A stretch of 64,000 nucleotides of DNA from Bacteroidaceae bacterium (GTDB lineage: Bacteria; Bacteroidota; Bacteroidia; Bacteroidales; Paludibacteraceae), in NCBI GenBank assembly GCA_963654355.1, contig CAVKBM010000003.1, positions 12,056 through 76,055 of the forward strand. The letters are read 5' to 3'. Both the position numbers and the translations under genes were made by a program. Positions 46,735 through 56,207 of this stretch are shown piece after piece; position 1 is the first letter of the stretch; every line of letters starts with the position of its first letter. The notes below the pieces were generated by a model. The model was not told the DNA's origin and made no database searches. It was given only the letters and a program-made list of their open reading frames with translations.

Positions 46735-49700
46735 TATTTCTTGATCACCAAATAATATGTTTTGAAGTTTGATGAGTTTTTGTCAAAGTTGCCTGCCCAA
46801 ACTACCACGGTGAGGATTCCTGTTGATTTATCGTAGTTGGCGCAATACTGTGCTTCTGGACTCACCTCAACGGTGATCTCAGATTTTGTATAGTCTGCAC
46901 AGATGGTTTGTCTTTGAACATCGCTGTCGAACCCTTCAACCGCTGTTCCGTCTACCTTGACATTTACTATGTTCGCCTCATATACGAATGAAGAAGAAAA
47001 CTTGATGGTGTAGGTATGTGTGTTGGTTGGATCTTTAACAATGTTTCCTCCGTTGACTACCAATATTTTTGCGTTTTCAGTTGCGTCATACGATTCGTTG
47101 ACGGTTGCTAACGCATCTGCGGTGTAGGTGATAGGATTCTCTGAATAAGAACCTTCTACATAGTAGTTGTATTCGTCTTTCTTGAAGTCTGCCAATGCCG
47201 TTCCGTTGACAGAAAGAGAGACGAGTTGAGAACCATAGATTGTAGGGTCTTTAAACGTGATGGTGTAAATGTGCTGGTTAGTCTTGTTGGTGGCAATGTC
47301 GTTACCTTTCACGGTGATTGTCATTGTGTAGGAGGCAACGTCGTAGGAGGCATCAACGGTTGCCCCCTCACTTGTCGTCCAACTTATGTTTGAAATCTCG
47401 CTGTAGAGTAGATTGTCTTTCGTGTAGGCGTAAGTCTCAGAGTCAAATCCGTCAATGGTAGCACCATCAATTTGAAGATCTGTCAGCACCGACTCCGCAG
47501 CCTTGCCGAATTGTAGTTTATATTCGTGGAAGTTGCTCGGATGTTCTGCGATGTCCTTGCCATTCACGGTGATAGTGAAGGTGTTGCTTGACTCGTCGTA
47601 TGCACCTTCCGCAGTTGAACTTTCATCTTGTTTTGTGTAAGTGATCTTTGTCTTCGATTTGTCGTACACAGAACTCAAGGTGTATGTGAATTTGGAAGAT
47701 GAAAAACCTTCCACACTACGGTTGTTGACCTTTAAAACACTCAACAGAGAGGGCGCAAGGAATTGGACTGTATAGATGTTGTAGTTCGTTTTGTTTTGTG
47801 CGATATCCCCTCCAGAAACGGTCAAAGTTAGAACATTTGTCGTTTCGTTGTAATCTGATTTGACTTTTGCTTCTGCGTCAGCCTCCCATGAAATATTGTC
47901 CTTGTCATACGAACTTTCAACGCTATATTCGTATTTGTCTTTCGCAAAGTTGGCAACTGTTTCGTCGTCGTATTTTAGACTTGTTAATTGCGATCCGTAC
48001 GAAATATGGAACTGAATTGTGTAGGTGTTGTAGTTGTTTGGAAATGTTTCAATATCTGAACCTTTGACAGTGATGGTTAACACTGCTGTTTCGCTGTTGT
48101 ATGATTCTTCAGCCGTCGCTCCATCTGTAGTGGTGTAAGTTACTTTTACGGCATTATAGATGAGTTCAGATTGGTCGTAGTTGTATTTGTTTGTTTTGAA
48201 ATTGGACAATGTCGTTCCGTTGATTGATAAATTCGTCAAGAGCGACTTTGATGCGAATAGTATCTTATATGTATTGAAATTGCCACTATTCGTATTGAAA
48301 TCACCACCTTTAACGATGATGGTCAAAACGTTTGTTTCAGAGTTGAATGAACTTTTGAAAGTGGCCTCTTCGTCTACCTCCCAGGATATAGTCTCTTCGT
48401 CGTATGCCTTCCCAATTTTGTATTCATATTTGTCTTTTGCAAAGTCTGAAACCTGAAGACGTTCGTGTTTTAAAGAGGTCAACTGAGCACCGTAGGGAGC
48501 GTGGAATGCGACTTTGTAGGTGTGTGTGTTGGTTGGGTCTATGTCAAAATCGCCACCTTTCACGGTGATGGTATAGATTAAAGTGTTGGCATCGAATGAA
48601 GTAGCCACTATGGCTTCGGCGCTTTCCTTGTATGTGACGGTCGTTTTGTCGTCATAGTAGACATCCTTTACGGAATAGTCAAATATTGTGGATGAAAAGT
48701 CGCTTACGGCAACATCGTTGATACTTAATGCTGTTAAATAAGAGCCGTACGACTCGTGATATTGTATTTTGTAGGTGTGAGCATTGGAGTTGTCGTCTGC
48801 ATAGTCCTTTGCGCGCACTTCAATGGTCAAAATGTATGTTTCTGGATCGTACGAAGTTACGGCGGTAGCGTCTTCATCGGTTTCGTAATGTAATTCTGAC
48901 TCTTTATAGGTGTTCTTTACGGTGTAGTTGTAGGTGGATGCGGAGAATCCATCCACAGCCTCGCCTGCAATTTCAAGTGATTTCAACTGAGATTGATAAG
49001 GCGCATGGAACTTGAAGGTGTAGACAATGTTATCTCCTGCGTCGTTCTTGAAAGTGATCGTCAAAGTGTTTGTACCCTCGTCAAAAGATTCAGTTGCGTC
49101 GGTTGCAGCATTCTTCAAAGTGTAGGATATTTTGCTTTTTACGCTCTTATAAGCTCTGTCGGCGATTGTATAGTCGTATGTGCCACTTGAAAATCCGTCA
49201 ATTTCAGTGTCTCCAATTTTGAAAGAGGTCATGCTTGCTGTCCTGTAGAATTGGATTTTGTATTCGTGGAAACTGTTGGCGTTGGCGGAGTAGTCGTCTC
49301 CCATCACTTTGATGGTCAAGATTCCTGTTTCCTCATCGTATGACTCAGATGTCGTGGCGAATTTACCATCGCTGACGTAAGCCACCTTGGCGTCCTTATA
49401 ATATTTCTTTACAGTGTATAAAAAATTATCCTTAGAGAATTTACTAACGGAAGAGCCATCGATTGTCAAACTGCTCAATTTTGAGTTGTATATCATTTCC
49501 ACGTCATCGACATAGATTTTGTCTGCTTCGTTGCCTTCTCCAGGGACGTAATTCGTTGCGAATGATGCCAATGCGTAGGATGGCTTTGCATCCGAACATT
49601 GAGGCGACAAGCTTTGTTCACCCAGATAATTCGCCAATACCAATGTTTCTCCCTTGTAGTAGAATGCTACCGCATAGCGAGTCCAATCACATTGAGGAGG

Positions 49701-50255
49701 ATTCATACCTGCGACAGCGCAAACTTGGCTCCAGTTGGTGCCGGGATCCTGAGTCTCATAATTCCCATGAAGCAGGATGTAGAAACGCCCTTTTTGTGAA
49801 GATGAACTCGGTTGGTTCTTAATCCATGCAACACAGGAGTCTGGTCGCCCCGTAAACGCCGCACTTTTGCTTGGATCGCTTATCTTGCTATAATTATGAT
49901 TCTTTGTGTCCGTAGCACTTGGTGCACCAGCATAAATGCAACCTGTTGTAATCATACCGTTCGCATAAACTCCCCATATATTTTTTACTTTTCCTATCGC
50001 AGAATATTTGCCAACACTGCCAGGACGAATGTCTGTTGTTCGCTCGCATTGATTATTGTTTTGAGCTGCCTTGTATAAGGCACTTGCGTACTCTACCGTC
50101 TCGTAAGTGTTCCAATTGTTTGGGAGTGTAGAACTACTCCAACTCTCGAAATCACTATTGGCTAACTGATAGACATCTGTGGCGGAAGCCGTAGAAAAGA
50201 TTGCAAAAAAACATGTAAGTATGGTGGTTGTGATTACACAGTTTCGTATTGTCAT
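46734..50255 (-). CDS. Secreted protein: PCMD-like N-terminal domain followed by 11 cadherin-like beta-sandwich repeats
   Basis: Signal peptide 'FSTASATDVY'. N-terminal 'LANSDFESW' start is typical of the PCMD domain. There are 11 units of ~78-80 aa with 'L(S/T)(S/D)L.(I/V).G..(V/L).(G/D/N)F....(Y/F).Y.V ... (H/N).Y.(I/V).F'. Confidence 0.75.
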   Translation of the reverse strand: MTIRNCVITTTILTCFFAIFSTASATDVYQLANSDFESWSSSTLPNNWNTYETVEYASALYKAAQNNNQCERTTDIRPGSVGKYSAIGKVKNIWGVYANGMITTGCIYAGAPSATDTKNHNYSKISDPSKSAAFTGRPDSCVAWIKNQPSSSSQKGRFYILLHGNYETQDPGTNWSQVCAVAGMNPPQCDWTRYAVAFYYKGETLVLANYLGEQSLSPQCSDAKPSYALASFATNYVPGEGNEADKIYVDDVEMIYNSKLSSLTIDGSSVSKFSKDNFLYTVKKYYKDAKVAYVSDGKFATTSESYDEETGILTIKVMGDDYSANANSFHEYKIQFYRTASMTSFKIGDTEIDGFSSGTYDYTIADRAYKSVKSKISYTLKNAATDATESFDEGTNTLTITFKNDAGDNIVYTFKFHAPYQSQLKSLEIAGEAVDGFSASTYNYTVKNTYKESELHYETDEDATAVTSYDPETYILTIEVRAKDYADDNSNAHTYKIQYHESYGSYLTALSINDVAVSDFSSTIFDYSVKDVYYDDKTTVTYKESAEAIVATSFDANTLIYTITVKGGDFDIDPTNTHTYKVAFHAPYGAQLTSLKHERLQVSDFAKDKYEYKIGKAYDEETISWEVDEEATFKSSFNSETNVLTIIVKGGDFNTNSGNFNTYKILFASKSLLTNLSINGTTLSNFKTNKYNYDQSELIYNAVKVTYTTTDGATAEESYNSETAVLTITVKGSDIETFPNNYNTYTIQFHISYGSQLTSLKYDDETVANFAKDKYEYSVESSYDKDNISWEADAEAKVKSDYNETTNVLTLTVSGGDIAQNKTNYNIYTVQFLAPSLLSVLKVNNRSVEGFSSSKFTYTLSSVYDKSKTKITYTKQDESSTAEGAYDESSNTFTITVNGKDIAEHPSNFHEYKLQFGKAAESVLTDLQIDGATIDGFDSETYAYTKDNLLYSEISNISWTTSEGATVDASYDVASYTMTITVKGNDIATNKTNQHIYTITFKDPTIYGSQLVSLSVNGTALADFKKDEYNYYVEGSYSENPITYTADALATVNESYDATENAKILVVNGGNIVKDPTNTHTYTIKFSSSFVYEANIVNVKVDGTAVEGFDSDVQRQTICADYTKSEITVEVSPEAQYCANYDKSTGILTVVVWAGNFDKNSSNFKTYYLVIKK

Positions 50256-50409
50256 ATCTATTTGTCTTATGTTTAAGAATGTCCAAACTATCGTGCGAAT
50301 TTACAACTTTTTTAATTCGTTAACAATTTAATCTGAAAAGAATAGTCGTGGTGGCAATAATCAAGTGTGTGATTTACATAGTACAATGTGTGTATTTCTG
50401 CTTTTTTGC

Positions 50410-50417
50410 TATTTTTG
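50410..50417 (+). promoter_or_regulatory. -7 promoter element
   Basis: TATTTTTG, 24 nt upstream of ATG 50441. Confidence 0.45.
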
Positions 50418-50440
50418 TATAGAACAAAGTTGTTAAGAGT

Positions 50441-51720
50441 ATGAAATACCCGATTGGCATACAAACATTTGAAAAAATCATAGAAGGTGGTTTTGCTTAC
50501 GTTGATAAGACGGATTTAATCTATTCTCTTGTAAAAGAGGGAACAGTCTATTTTTTGAGTCGCCCACGTCGATTCGGAAAGAGTTTACTCATCTCCACAT
50601 TAGAGAGTTATTTCCTTGGTAGAAAAGAACTTTTCAAAGGCTTGGCAATTGAAAGATTGGAGACGGAATGGAAGGAATATCCAATATTCCATTTTGATTT
50701 TAACGGTGATGATTTTAAAAATCCGAAGGCATTTGAGTCTGCACTTGAACTTTTTGTTAGTACAGGTGAAAAAAAATATTGCGTTGAAAAAATAGCAGAG
50801 TTCCAAAATATGACACGATATGTGGCATAACGATGCAAGAGGAGGAGAAGTATTTTCAGCCGTCTGTGAAAGAACTATCTGAGACAAAAAAACTAACTGT
50901 TGAGGAAACACGGATTAGGCTTAGAAGTAAGTACGATGGCTATAATTTTAGTAGTCGCCAGATCGGTGTTTATAATCCATTTAGTTTGTTAAATGCTTTC
51001 GTATCAGAACAATTTGGCGATTATTGGTTCTCGTCTGGCACACCGACTTATTTGATTAATTTGCTTGATCGCGACAATATAAATTTAGATGAAATTGTTG
51101 GAAAATACTATGCGGTAGAAGAGTTTATGGACTTTAAAATGGACCGAGATGCTCCGCTCCCAATGCTCTATCAAAGTGGTTATCTGACGATTAAAGACTA
51201 CGACGAGGATATGAATATGTACCTGCTTGATATCCCGAATAACGAGGTGCAAGGTGGCTTTATTCCATTGTTGATGAACGACTATTTCACCATCAATACT
51301 CCGATGAAAACACCAATTGCCGAGATGGTGAAATGCTTAAAAAACGGTGATACAGAATTGTTTAAAACATTGTTGACAAGTTTCTTGTCTTCAATTCCAT
51401 ACAGTATGCGGCTCAAGAAGGAAACGGAACGTTTCTTTCAGTATACTTTCTATCTCATTCTCCGTCTGATTTCAACCTATCTTGTTTACGTTGAGAAACA
51501 ACAGTCTCAGGGTCGTGTTGATTGTGTCATAGAAACCGATAATTTTATCTACATCTTTGAATTTAAGTTGGATGGCACGGCGGAGGAAGCTCTGCAACAA
51601 ATTAACGAAAAAGGATATGCAAGAGAGTATGCCTCAGACTGTCGCAAACTTTTCAAAATCGGTTGTAGTTTCTCTTCGGAGACAGGTACGATCGGGGAGT
51701 GGAAGGTGGAGAAATTATGA
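50441..51720 (+). pseudogene. Disrupted AAA-ATPase_like / PDDEXK_9 family gene
   Basis: ORF 50441..50830 holds the N-terminus 'MKYPIGIQTFEKIIEGGFAYVDKTDLIY...YFLSRPRRFGKSLLISTLESYF'. A different frame from 50833 holds the C-terminal half '...YNPFSLLNAF...YWFSSGTPTYLI...RVDCVIETDNFIYIFEFKLDG'. The central Walker-B segment (family motif 'IDEYDKP', from memory) is absent. Confidence 0.75.
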
Positions 51721-51723
51721 TTA

Positions 51724-51909
51724 TCACCAAACTTTGTTCAACTCTTCGTTATATTCAAACCCAGCTTCGGCTAACTTTTTCTCTACGTCTTCTTTCTTTA
51801 CGTTAAACGCTTTGCAAATTTGGTCTAAATTTTCGTAAATCTCGTCGCGTAGCAAAAAGTTGATCGCACTCATCAACATCGCAGGGTCTGTCATTGGCAA
51901 ATGTTCCAT
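51724..51909 (-). CDS. DUF4250-like small protein
   Basis: 'DPAMLMSAINFLLRDEIYENLDQICKAFNVKKEDVEKKLAEAGFEYNEELNK' matches my recollection of DUF4250. Confidence 0.6.
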   Translation of the reverse strand: MEHLPMTDPAMLMSAINFLLRDEIYENLDQICKAFNVKKEDVEKKLAEAGFEYNEELNKVW

Positions 51910-51938
51910 ATTCTTTGTCTTCTTGTTATTGTCTGAAT

Positions 51939-52205
51939 CTATTCTTTGGACTCCTGTATGCTCAGCATTGTTTCCAACTGGTCAACTGCTGTTGCCATAT
52001 CTTTGGCGAATGTGTCGTGCATACTTAAAAAATCTTTATTGCCATGCGATAGCCTCTCTAACAATTCAGGGTCTATCTCGTGTACATAATTACCTATGAT
52101 GTACTCAATGTCATCCTTTTGATTTTCATTGTGCGAAAATTTGTACACTCTCCACTTTTGGTGAAGAAAGCAGTAGGCTGTTTCAATACTCTCTTTCGTA
52201 ATCAT
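51939..52205 (-). CDS. Hypothetical protein (88 aa)
   Basis: ORF with ATG at 52205 (MITKESIETAYCFLHQKWRVY). 29 nt upstream of the DUF4250 gene on the same strand. Confidence 0.45.
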   Translation of the reverse strand: MITKESIETAYCFLHQKWRVYKFSHNENQKDDIEYIIGNYVHEIDPELLERLSHGNKDFLSMHDTFAKDMATAVDQLETMLSIQESKE

Positions 52206-52287
52206 TTGAGTCTCAAATCGTAGATTTCTTTTGAAGTGCGAAATTACTGAAATAGCCACACTCGGTCAAATTTCTTGCTTCATTTTA

Positions 52288-52295
52288 GTAAATTT
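52288..52295 (+). promoter_or_regulatory. -7 promoter element
   Basis: TAAATTTG, 22 nt upstream of ATG 52317. Confidence 0.5.
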
Positions 52296-52316
52296 GCAGT
52301 CTAATTTGATAAGCAA

Positions 52317-53456
52317 ATGGCAGATTTCAACTTTGCAGACTATTTGGATGTACCTTCAAATGCGGAAGTAAATGGAGTTTTTTTACCGAAAGAGTTGACT
52401 TTAGGTGAAAATCTTGTGTTTTCGGATTTTAATATTGCTCTCATTGGTGTCCCTACGGATGGCGATTTCAACAATTTGGGCGCTGCCGATGCTCCGAATG
52501 CTGTTCGTAAACAACTTTATGAATTGGCAGAACGCTTCCGTAAGGTTAACATTGCCGATTTGGGAAATATTAAAGTAGGAAAGAAATTGAATGATGCTTA
52601 TTCTGCTTTGACAGAGGTCGTTTCGTACTTGGCAAGTAAAAAAATCGTTTCCATTGTAATAGGGGGGACGCAGGACTTGACTGTTCCTATATTGAATGCT
52701 TTGAAGAAAGTAAGAGCGGAAGAGGACGAACAAAAACGCCTACGTCTCACTGTTGTAGATTCAAAAATAGATCTTTCATCAAGGACTGAAGCCCTATCTG
52801 CCGATAATTTTTGGAATCAAGTTTTGGAAGATGGCAGCATCTCTGAAATGGCTCTTTTGGGTCTGCAAAACTATTATTATGCAGATTGGCAAGCGGAAAA
52901 ATTGTCAGAAAAGGGTGTTGTTATAAAACGTTTACGAGAAATTACTCAAAATACGATATCTGTAGAACCATTTTTGCGCGATGCGGATGTCTTTAGTTTA
53001 GATATGGCTTCTGTTCGTCACTCAGAGGCTCCTGGACATGCTCTGTCTATCCCTAATGGACTAAATGGCTTTGAGGTATGTCAGTTGGCTCATTATGCGG
53101 GGCTAAGCGACTCCATGCTTGCATACGGTTTGTTCGGCTATAATCCATCTTTCGATGATTCTGACCAGACGGCTGCGCTTGTCGCCGAAGTGATTTGGCA
53201 TATCTTGGAAGGAATAGATAAAAGGTATGGCGATTATCCCGTATGCGATCTTTCAAAATATCGAAAGTATGTGGTGTTGCCGAAATTTGATGGAGACAAT
53301 AAAATTACATTCTACTCTAATGTTGCGAATGGTCGTTGGTGGATCGAAATTCCGTCCCTTGATGGGTTGAAACTCTACGCTTGCACCGCAAAAGACTATT
53401 CGGATTTTTGCAACAACGCAATCCCTGATGTCTGGATGAGACATTATATGAAATAG
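52317..53456 (+). CDS. Arginase/formimidoylglutamase-fold protein with degenerate metal-binding motifs
   Basis: Ureohydrolase-like layout, but 'GGDHS' reads 'GGTQD', 'DAHxD' reads 'DSKID', and 'SxDxD' reads 'SLDMA'. Confidence 0.65.
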   Translation: MADFNFADYLDVPSNAEVNGVFLPKELTLGENLVFSDFNIALIGVPTDGDFNNLGAADAPNAVRKQLYELAERFRKVNIADLGNIKVGKKLNDAYSALTEVVSYLASKKIVSIVIGGTQDLTVPILNALKKVRAEEDEQKRLRLTVVDSKIDLSSRTEALSADNFWNQVLEDGSISEMALLGLQNYYYADWQAEKLSEKGVVIKRLREITQNTISVEPFLRDADVFSLDMASVRHSEAPGHALSIPNGLNGFEVCQLAHYAGLSDSMLAYGLFGYNPSFDDSDQTAALVAEVIWHILEGIDKRYGDYPVCDLSKYRKYVVLPKFDGDNKITFYSNVANGRWWIEIPSLDGLKLYACTAKDYSDFCNNAIPDVWMRHYMK

Positions 53457-53500
53457 GCAAGTTCTCAAAAAACCAATTTTTGAAATTCCTTTTGCCATGA

Positions 53501-54214
53501 TTAATTTCTTTGCAAATGTTTTAAGAAAAGGTCTGGCTTATCGTTGATAACCAATGACATGGGAAAGCTTTCCTCTTCAAACAATTGGTAGACGTAATTA
53601 TAGTTGGCAACGTCGAACGAGATGTGAGCGTCGCTTCCCATTATCACCATTAATTCGTATTTTTTGCAGAGGCGAACAAGTTCCCGATTGTTATTCCAAG
53701 CATGCTCTTTCCCTCTATTGGGGTTGAGTGAACTATTGTTGATTTCCAAAAGAATGCGACTTTCTTTGGCGGCCTGAACGATAGGCTCTAAAAGTAGTTC
53801 TGCGCTGCCATCTGCAGGATGGCTGATAATGTCTATTCTTGGATTCTTGATGACGTTGATCATTCCTTGCGTGTTTTCCTCAATCGTGCCAGATGTGAAA
53901 CAAGACTGATGAATACCTGCTATGCGAATATCAAGCTTGTCTATTGTCTTGTCTGGAAGATCTAAACTACCATTCGCATTTAAAATGTTGATTTCGCATC
54001 CCATTAAAATCTTCACACCATCAATATTGCGTGGAATGACGTGAAAATTGTTGAAATAGACAGGATTACATGCGCCTCGGATTGATGGACCATGGTCTGT
54101 TATGCCCAGAATCTGCAAGCCTTTTTCTTTTGCGCTTCTCACCATTTCTTGCAGGGTGCTGTAGGCATGTCCGCTTGCCACAGTGTGCGTATGTACATCT
54201 AATGCTACGTTCAT
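53501..54214 (-). CDS. PHP-domain phosphatase (YcdX-like)
   Basis: 'ALDVHTHTVASGHAYSTLQEM' and 'GITDHGP'. ATG 54214 is preferred over TTG 54232. Confidence 0.85.
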   Translation of the reverse strand: MNVALDVHTHTVASGHAYSTLQEMVRSAKEKGLQILGITDHGPSIRGACNPVYFNNFHVIPRNIDGVKILMGCEINILNANGSLDLPDKTIDKLDIRIAGIHQSCFTSGTIEENTQGMINVIKNPRIDIISHPADGSAELLLEPIVQAAKESRILLEINNSSLNPNRGKEHAWNNNRELVRLCKKYELMVIMGSDAHISFDVANYNYVYQLFEEESFPMSLVINDKPDLFLKHLQRN

Positions 54215-54306
54215 GTTTTTCCGTTTTTTCAAAGGTAAGATTAATGCTCTAAATTTAATGTATAGAATTGAGGAAATTTATGAAGATTGTAAGTCCTTTT
54301 AATCTT

Positions 54307-54347
54307 GAAAAAACAAACCCCGACAAGGAACGAGTCCTTGCCAGGGT
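54307..54347 (-). terminator. Intrinsic terminator after amt
   Basis: Minus strand: CCCTGGCAAGGA-CTCG-TTCCTTGTCGGGG, followed by TTTGTTTTTTC. Confidence 0.75.
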
Positions 54348-54410
54348 TGAAGAATCGAAGAAAAATATTAATTATGTGGCAAGCATTAAATTTTCTTTGC
54401 TTACTGTACG

Positions 54411-55802
54411 TTAGTCTTCGTCGCTCTTGAAGGTACGATCATCGTACTCGGCGATTTCACGAAGTCTTCCGTAGTGCTCGTCATGTTGGCTTCTATCCAA
54501 ACCAATCTCCTCGTTTTGCTCAGAAACACGCATTGTGATCATTTTGTTGGTTACGAAATAGAGTACCCAAGACATACCTGCGGTGTAAACAATCACGATT
54601 GCCAAAGCAATGATGTGGTTCACAAAGAATTGCATATGGGTTACACCCTCTGCGGCTAAGTCTGGTTCGTATTTGTAAACGAAGATACCCGTGAGGAGTG
54701 TTCCAACGATACCGCCCAATCCGTGAGTTGGGAAAACATCAAGTGCGTCATCAATAGCAGTTTTCTTGTTTTTGATGTAGCAAGCAAGGTTACAGATAAT
54801 TGTCGTGATGAACGCGATGATAACACTTTCGCTTGTGCTGACCCAACCAGCAGAAGGTGTGATGGCAACCAAACCAACGACACTACCAATAGCAGCACCC
54901 ATTGCGGATGGTTTACGACCGCGGATGCAATCAAAGAACAACCAAGTAACCATTGCAGTCGCAGCAGCTGTGTTCGTGTTCAAGAATGCTTTTACTGCCA
55001 TTCCGTCTGCGTGAAGGCTAGAACCAGCGTTGAATCCGAACCAACCTAACCAAAGGAGAACCGCACCTAAAACTACGTATGGAATGTTGGCAGGCTCTGC
55101 TTGTTTGTGGTGGCGTTTGCCGAGGAACAACGCACCTACCAAGGCTGCGATACCAGAAGAAGCGTGAACCACGATACCACCAGCGAAGTCCTTTACATGC
55201 ATTTGGTTGAACAATCCCTCTGGATGCCAGGTGCAGTGTGCTAATGGACAGTAAATGAATATACAGAAGAGTATCATAAATACCATGTAGCCAGAAAAAT
55301 GAACACGCTCAGCGAACGAACCAGTAATCAACGAAGGCGTTACAATCGCAAACTTCATTTGGAAAAGTGCGTAAAGTCCTAACGGAATAGTCAAACCTAA
55401 TGCTTGAGAAAGTTGGTCTGTCGCTTGTCCGCCAACATCTTGCAAGAAGAAATAGGTTGCGGGATTTCCAATTATGCCACCGACGTTATCACCGAAAGCC
55501 AAACTAAATCCGAATACCACCCAAATCACACTGATAACGCCCATTGCTATGATACTTTGCAAGATTGTGGAAATCACGTTCTTCTTGCGAACCATACCTC
55601 CATAAAAGAATGATACACCAGGGGTCATCATCAACACAAAGATAGTTGATGTCAGTAGCCACGCTACATCTGCTGGATTGACATTCTCACTCATATCCCA
55701 CATATAGTCGGGTTGTCCAGGTATTGATTGCCCAGGAATGAAAAATGCCACAGCAACGATTGCCAAAAGGCAGCACATAAAAATAATCCAACGTTTTTTC
55801 AT
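54411..55802 (-). CDS. amt: Ammonium transporter (Amt family)
   Basis: 'DFAGGIVVHASSGIAALVGALFLGKR', 'LLWLGWFGFNAGS', 'DDALDVFPTHGLGGIVG'. Confidence 0.93.
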   Translation of the reverse strand: MKKRWIIFMCCLLAIVAVAFFIPGQSIPGQPDYMWDMSENVNPADVAWLLTSTIFVLMMTPGVSFFYGGMVRKKNVISTILQSIIAMGVISVIWVVFGFSLAFGDNVGGIIGNPATYFFLQDVGGQATDQLSQALGLTIPLGLYALFQMKFAIVTPSLITGSFAERVHFSGYMVFMILFCIFIYCPLAHCTWHPEGLFNQMHVKDFAGGIVVHASSGIAALVGALFLGKRHHKQAEPANIPYVVLGAVLLWLGWFGFNAGSSLHADGMAVKAFLNTNTAAATAMVTWLFFDCIRGRKPSAMGAAIGSVVGLVAITPSAGWVSTSESVIIAFITTIICNLACYIKNKKTAIDDALDVFPTHGLGGIVGTLLTGIFVYKYEPDLAAEGVTHMQFFVNHIIALAIVIVYTAGMSWVLYFVTNKMITMRVSEQNEEIGLDRSQHDEHYGRLREIAEYDDRTFKSDED

Positions 55803-55868
55803 GTTCTTTTCGTTTTAGTTGTTTATTATTTTTGTTTCTCTGATTTCTTTTCGCTAATAAATCCTCTG

Positions 55869-55876
55869 CAAAGTTA
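55869..55876 (-). promoter_or_regulatory. -7 promoter element for amt
   Basis: TAACTTTG on the minus strand, 67 nt upstream of ATG 55802. Confidence 0.45.
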
Positions 55877-56156
55877 GACAAAAAGTAAGAAAAACAAACA
55901 AAAATGCGACAAAATGAGATGCAAAGGTTAAAATTTTTGAAAAATGGGAGATGAGATGTGTTGAAATTAATTTGTAATTGTTTGATATTCAGTATTTTAA
56001 TAAAAATTTATTGAATGAGTAGAAATCGCAATGCTCGGAATGTTTTTCATTTGCGTTGCAATTTGTAAGCGTATCTATTTTGTATGTGTCTTTTTGTAAG
56101 CAAATGTTCGCCTTGTTTGCATATTGGTTTTCTGAGGGTTTTAAGGTTAAATTGTG

Positions 56157-56164
56157 TAACTTTG
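56157..56164 (+). promoter_or_regulatory. -7 promoter element for metG
   Basis: TAACTTTG, 44 nt upstream of ATG 56208. Confidence 0.5.
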
Positions 56165-56207
56165 CGTATTGGATTATTGGATAATGTAAAAACAAATAAG
56201 ATATAAA

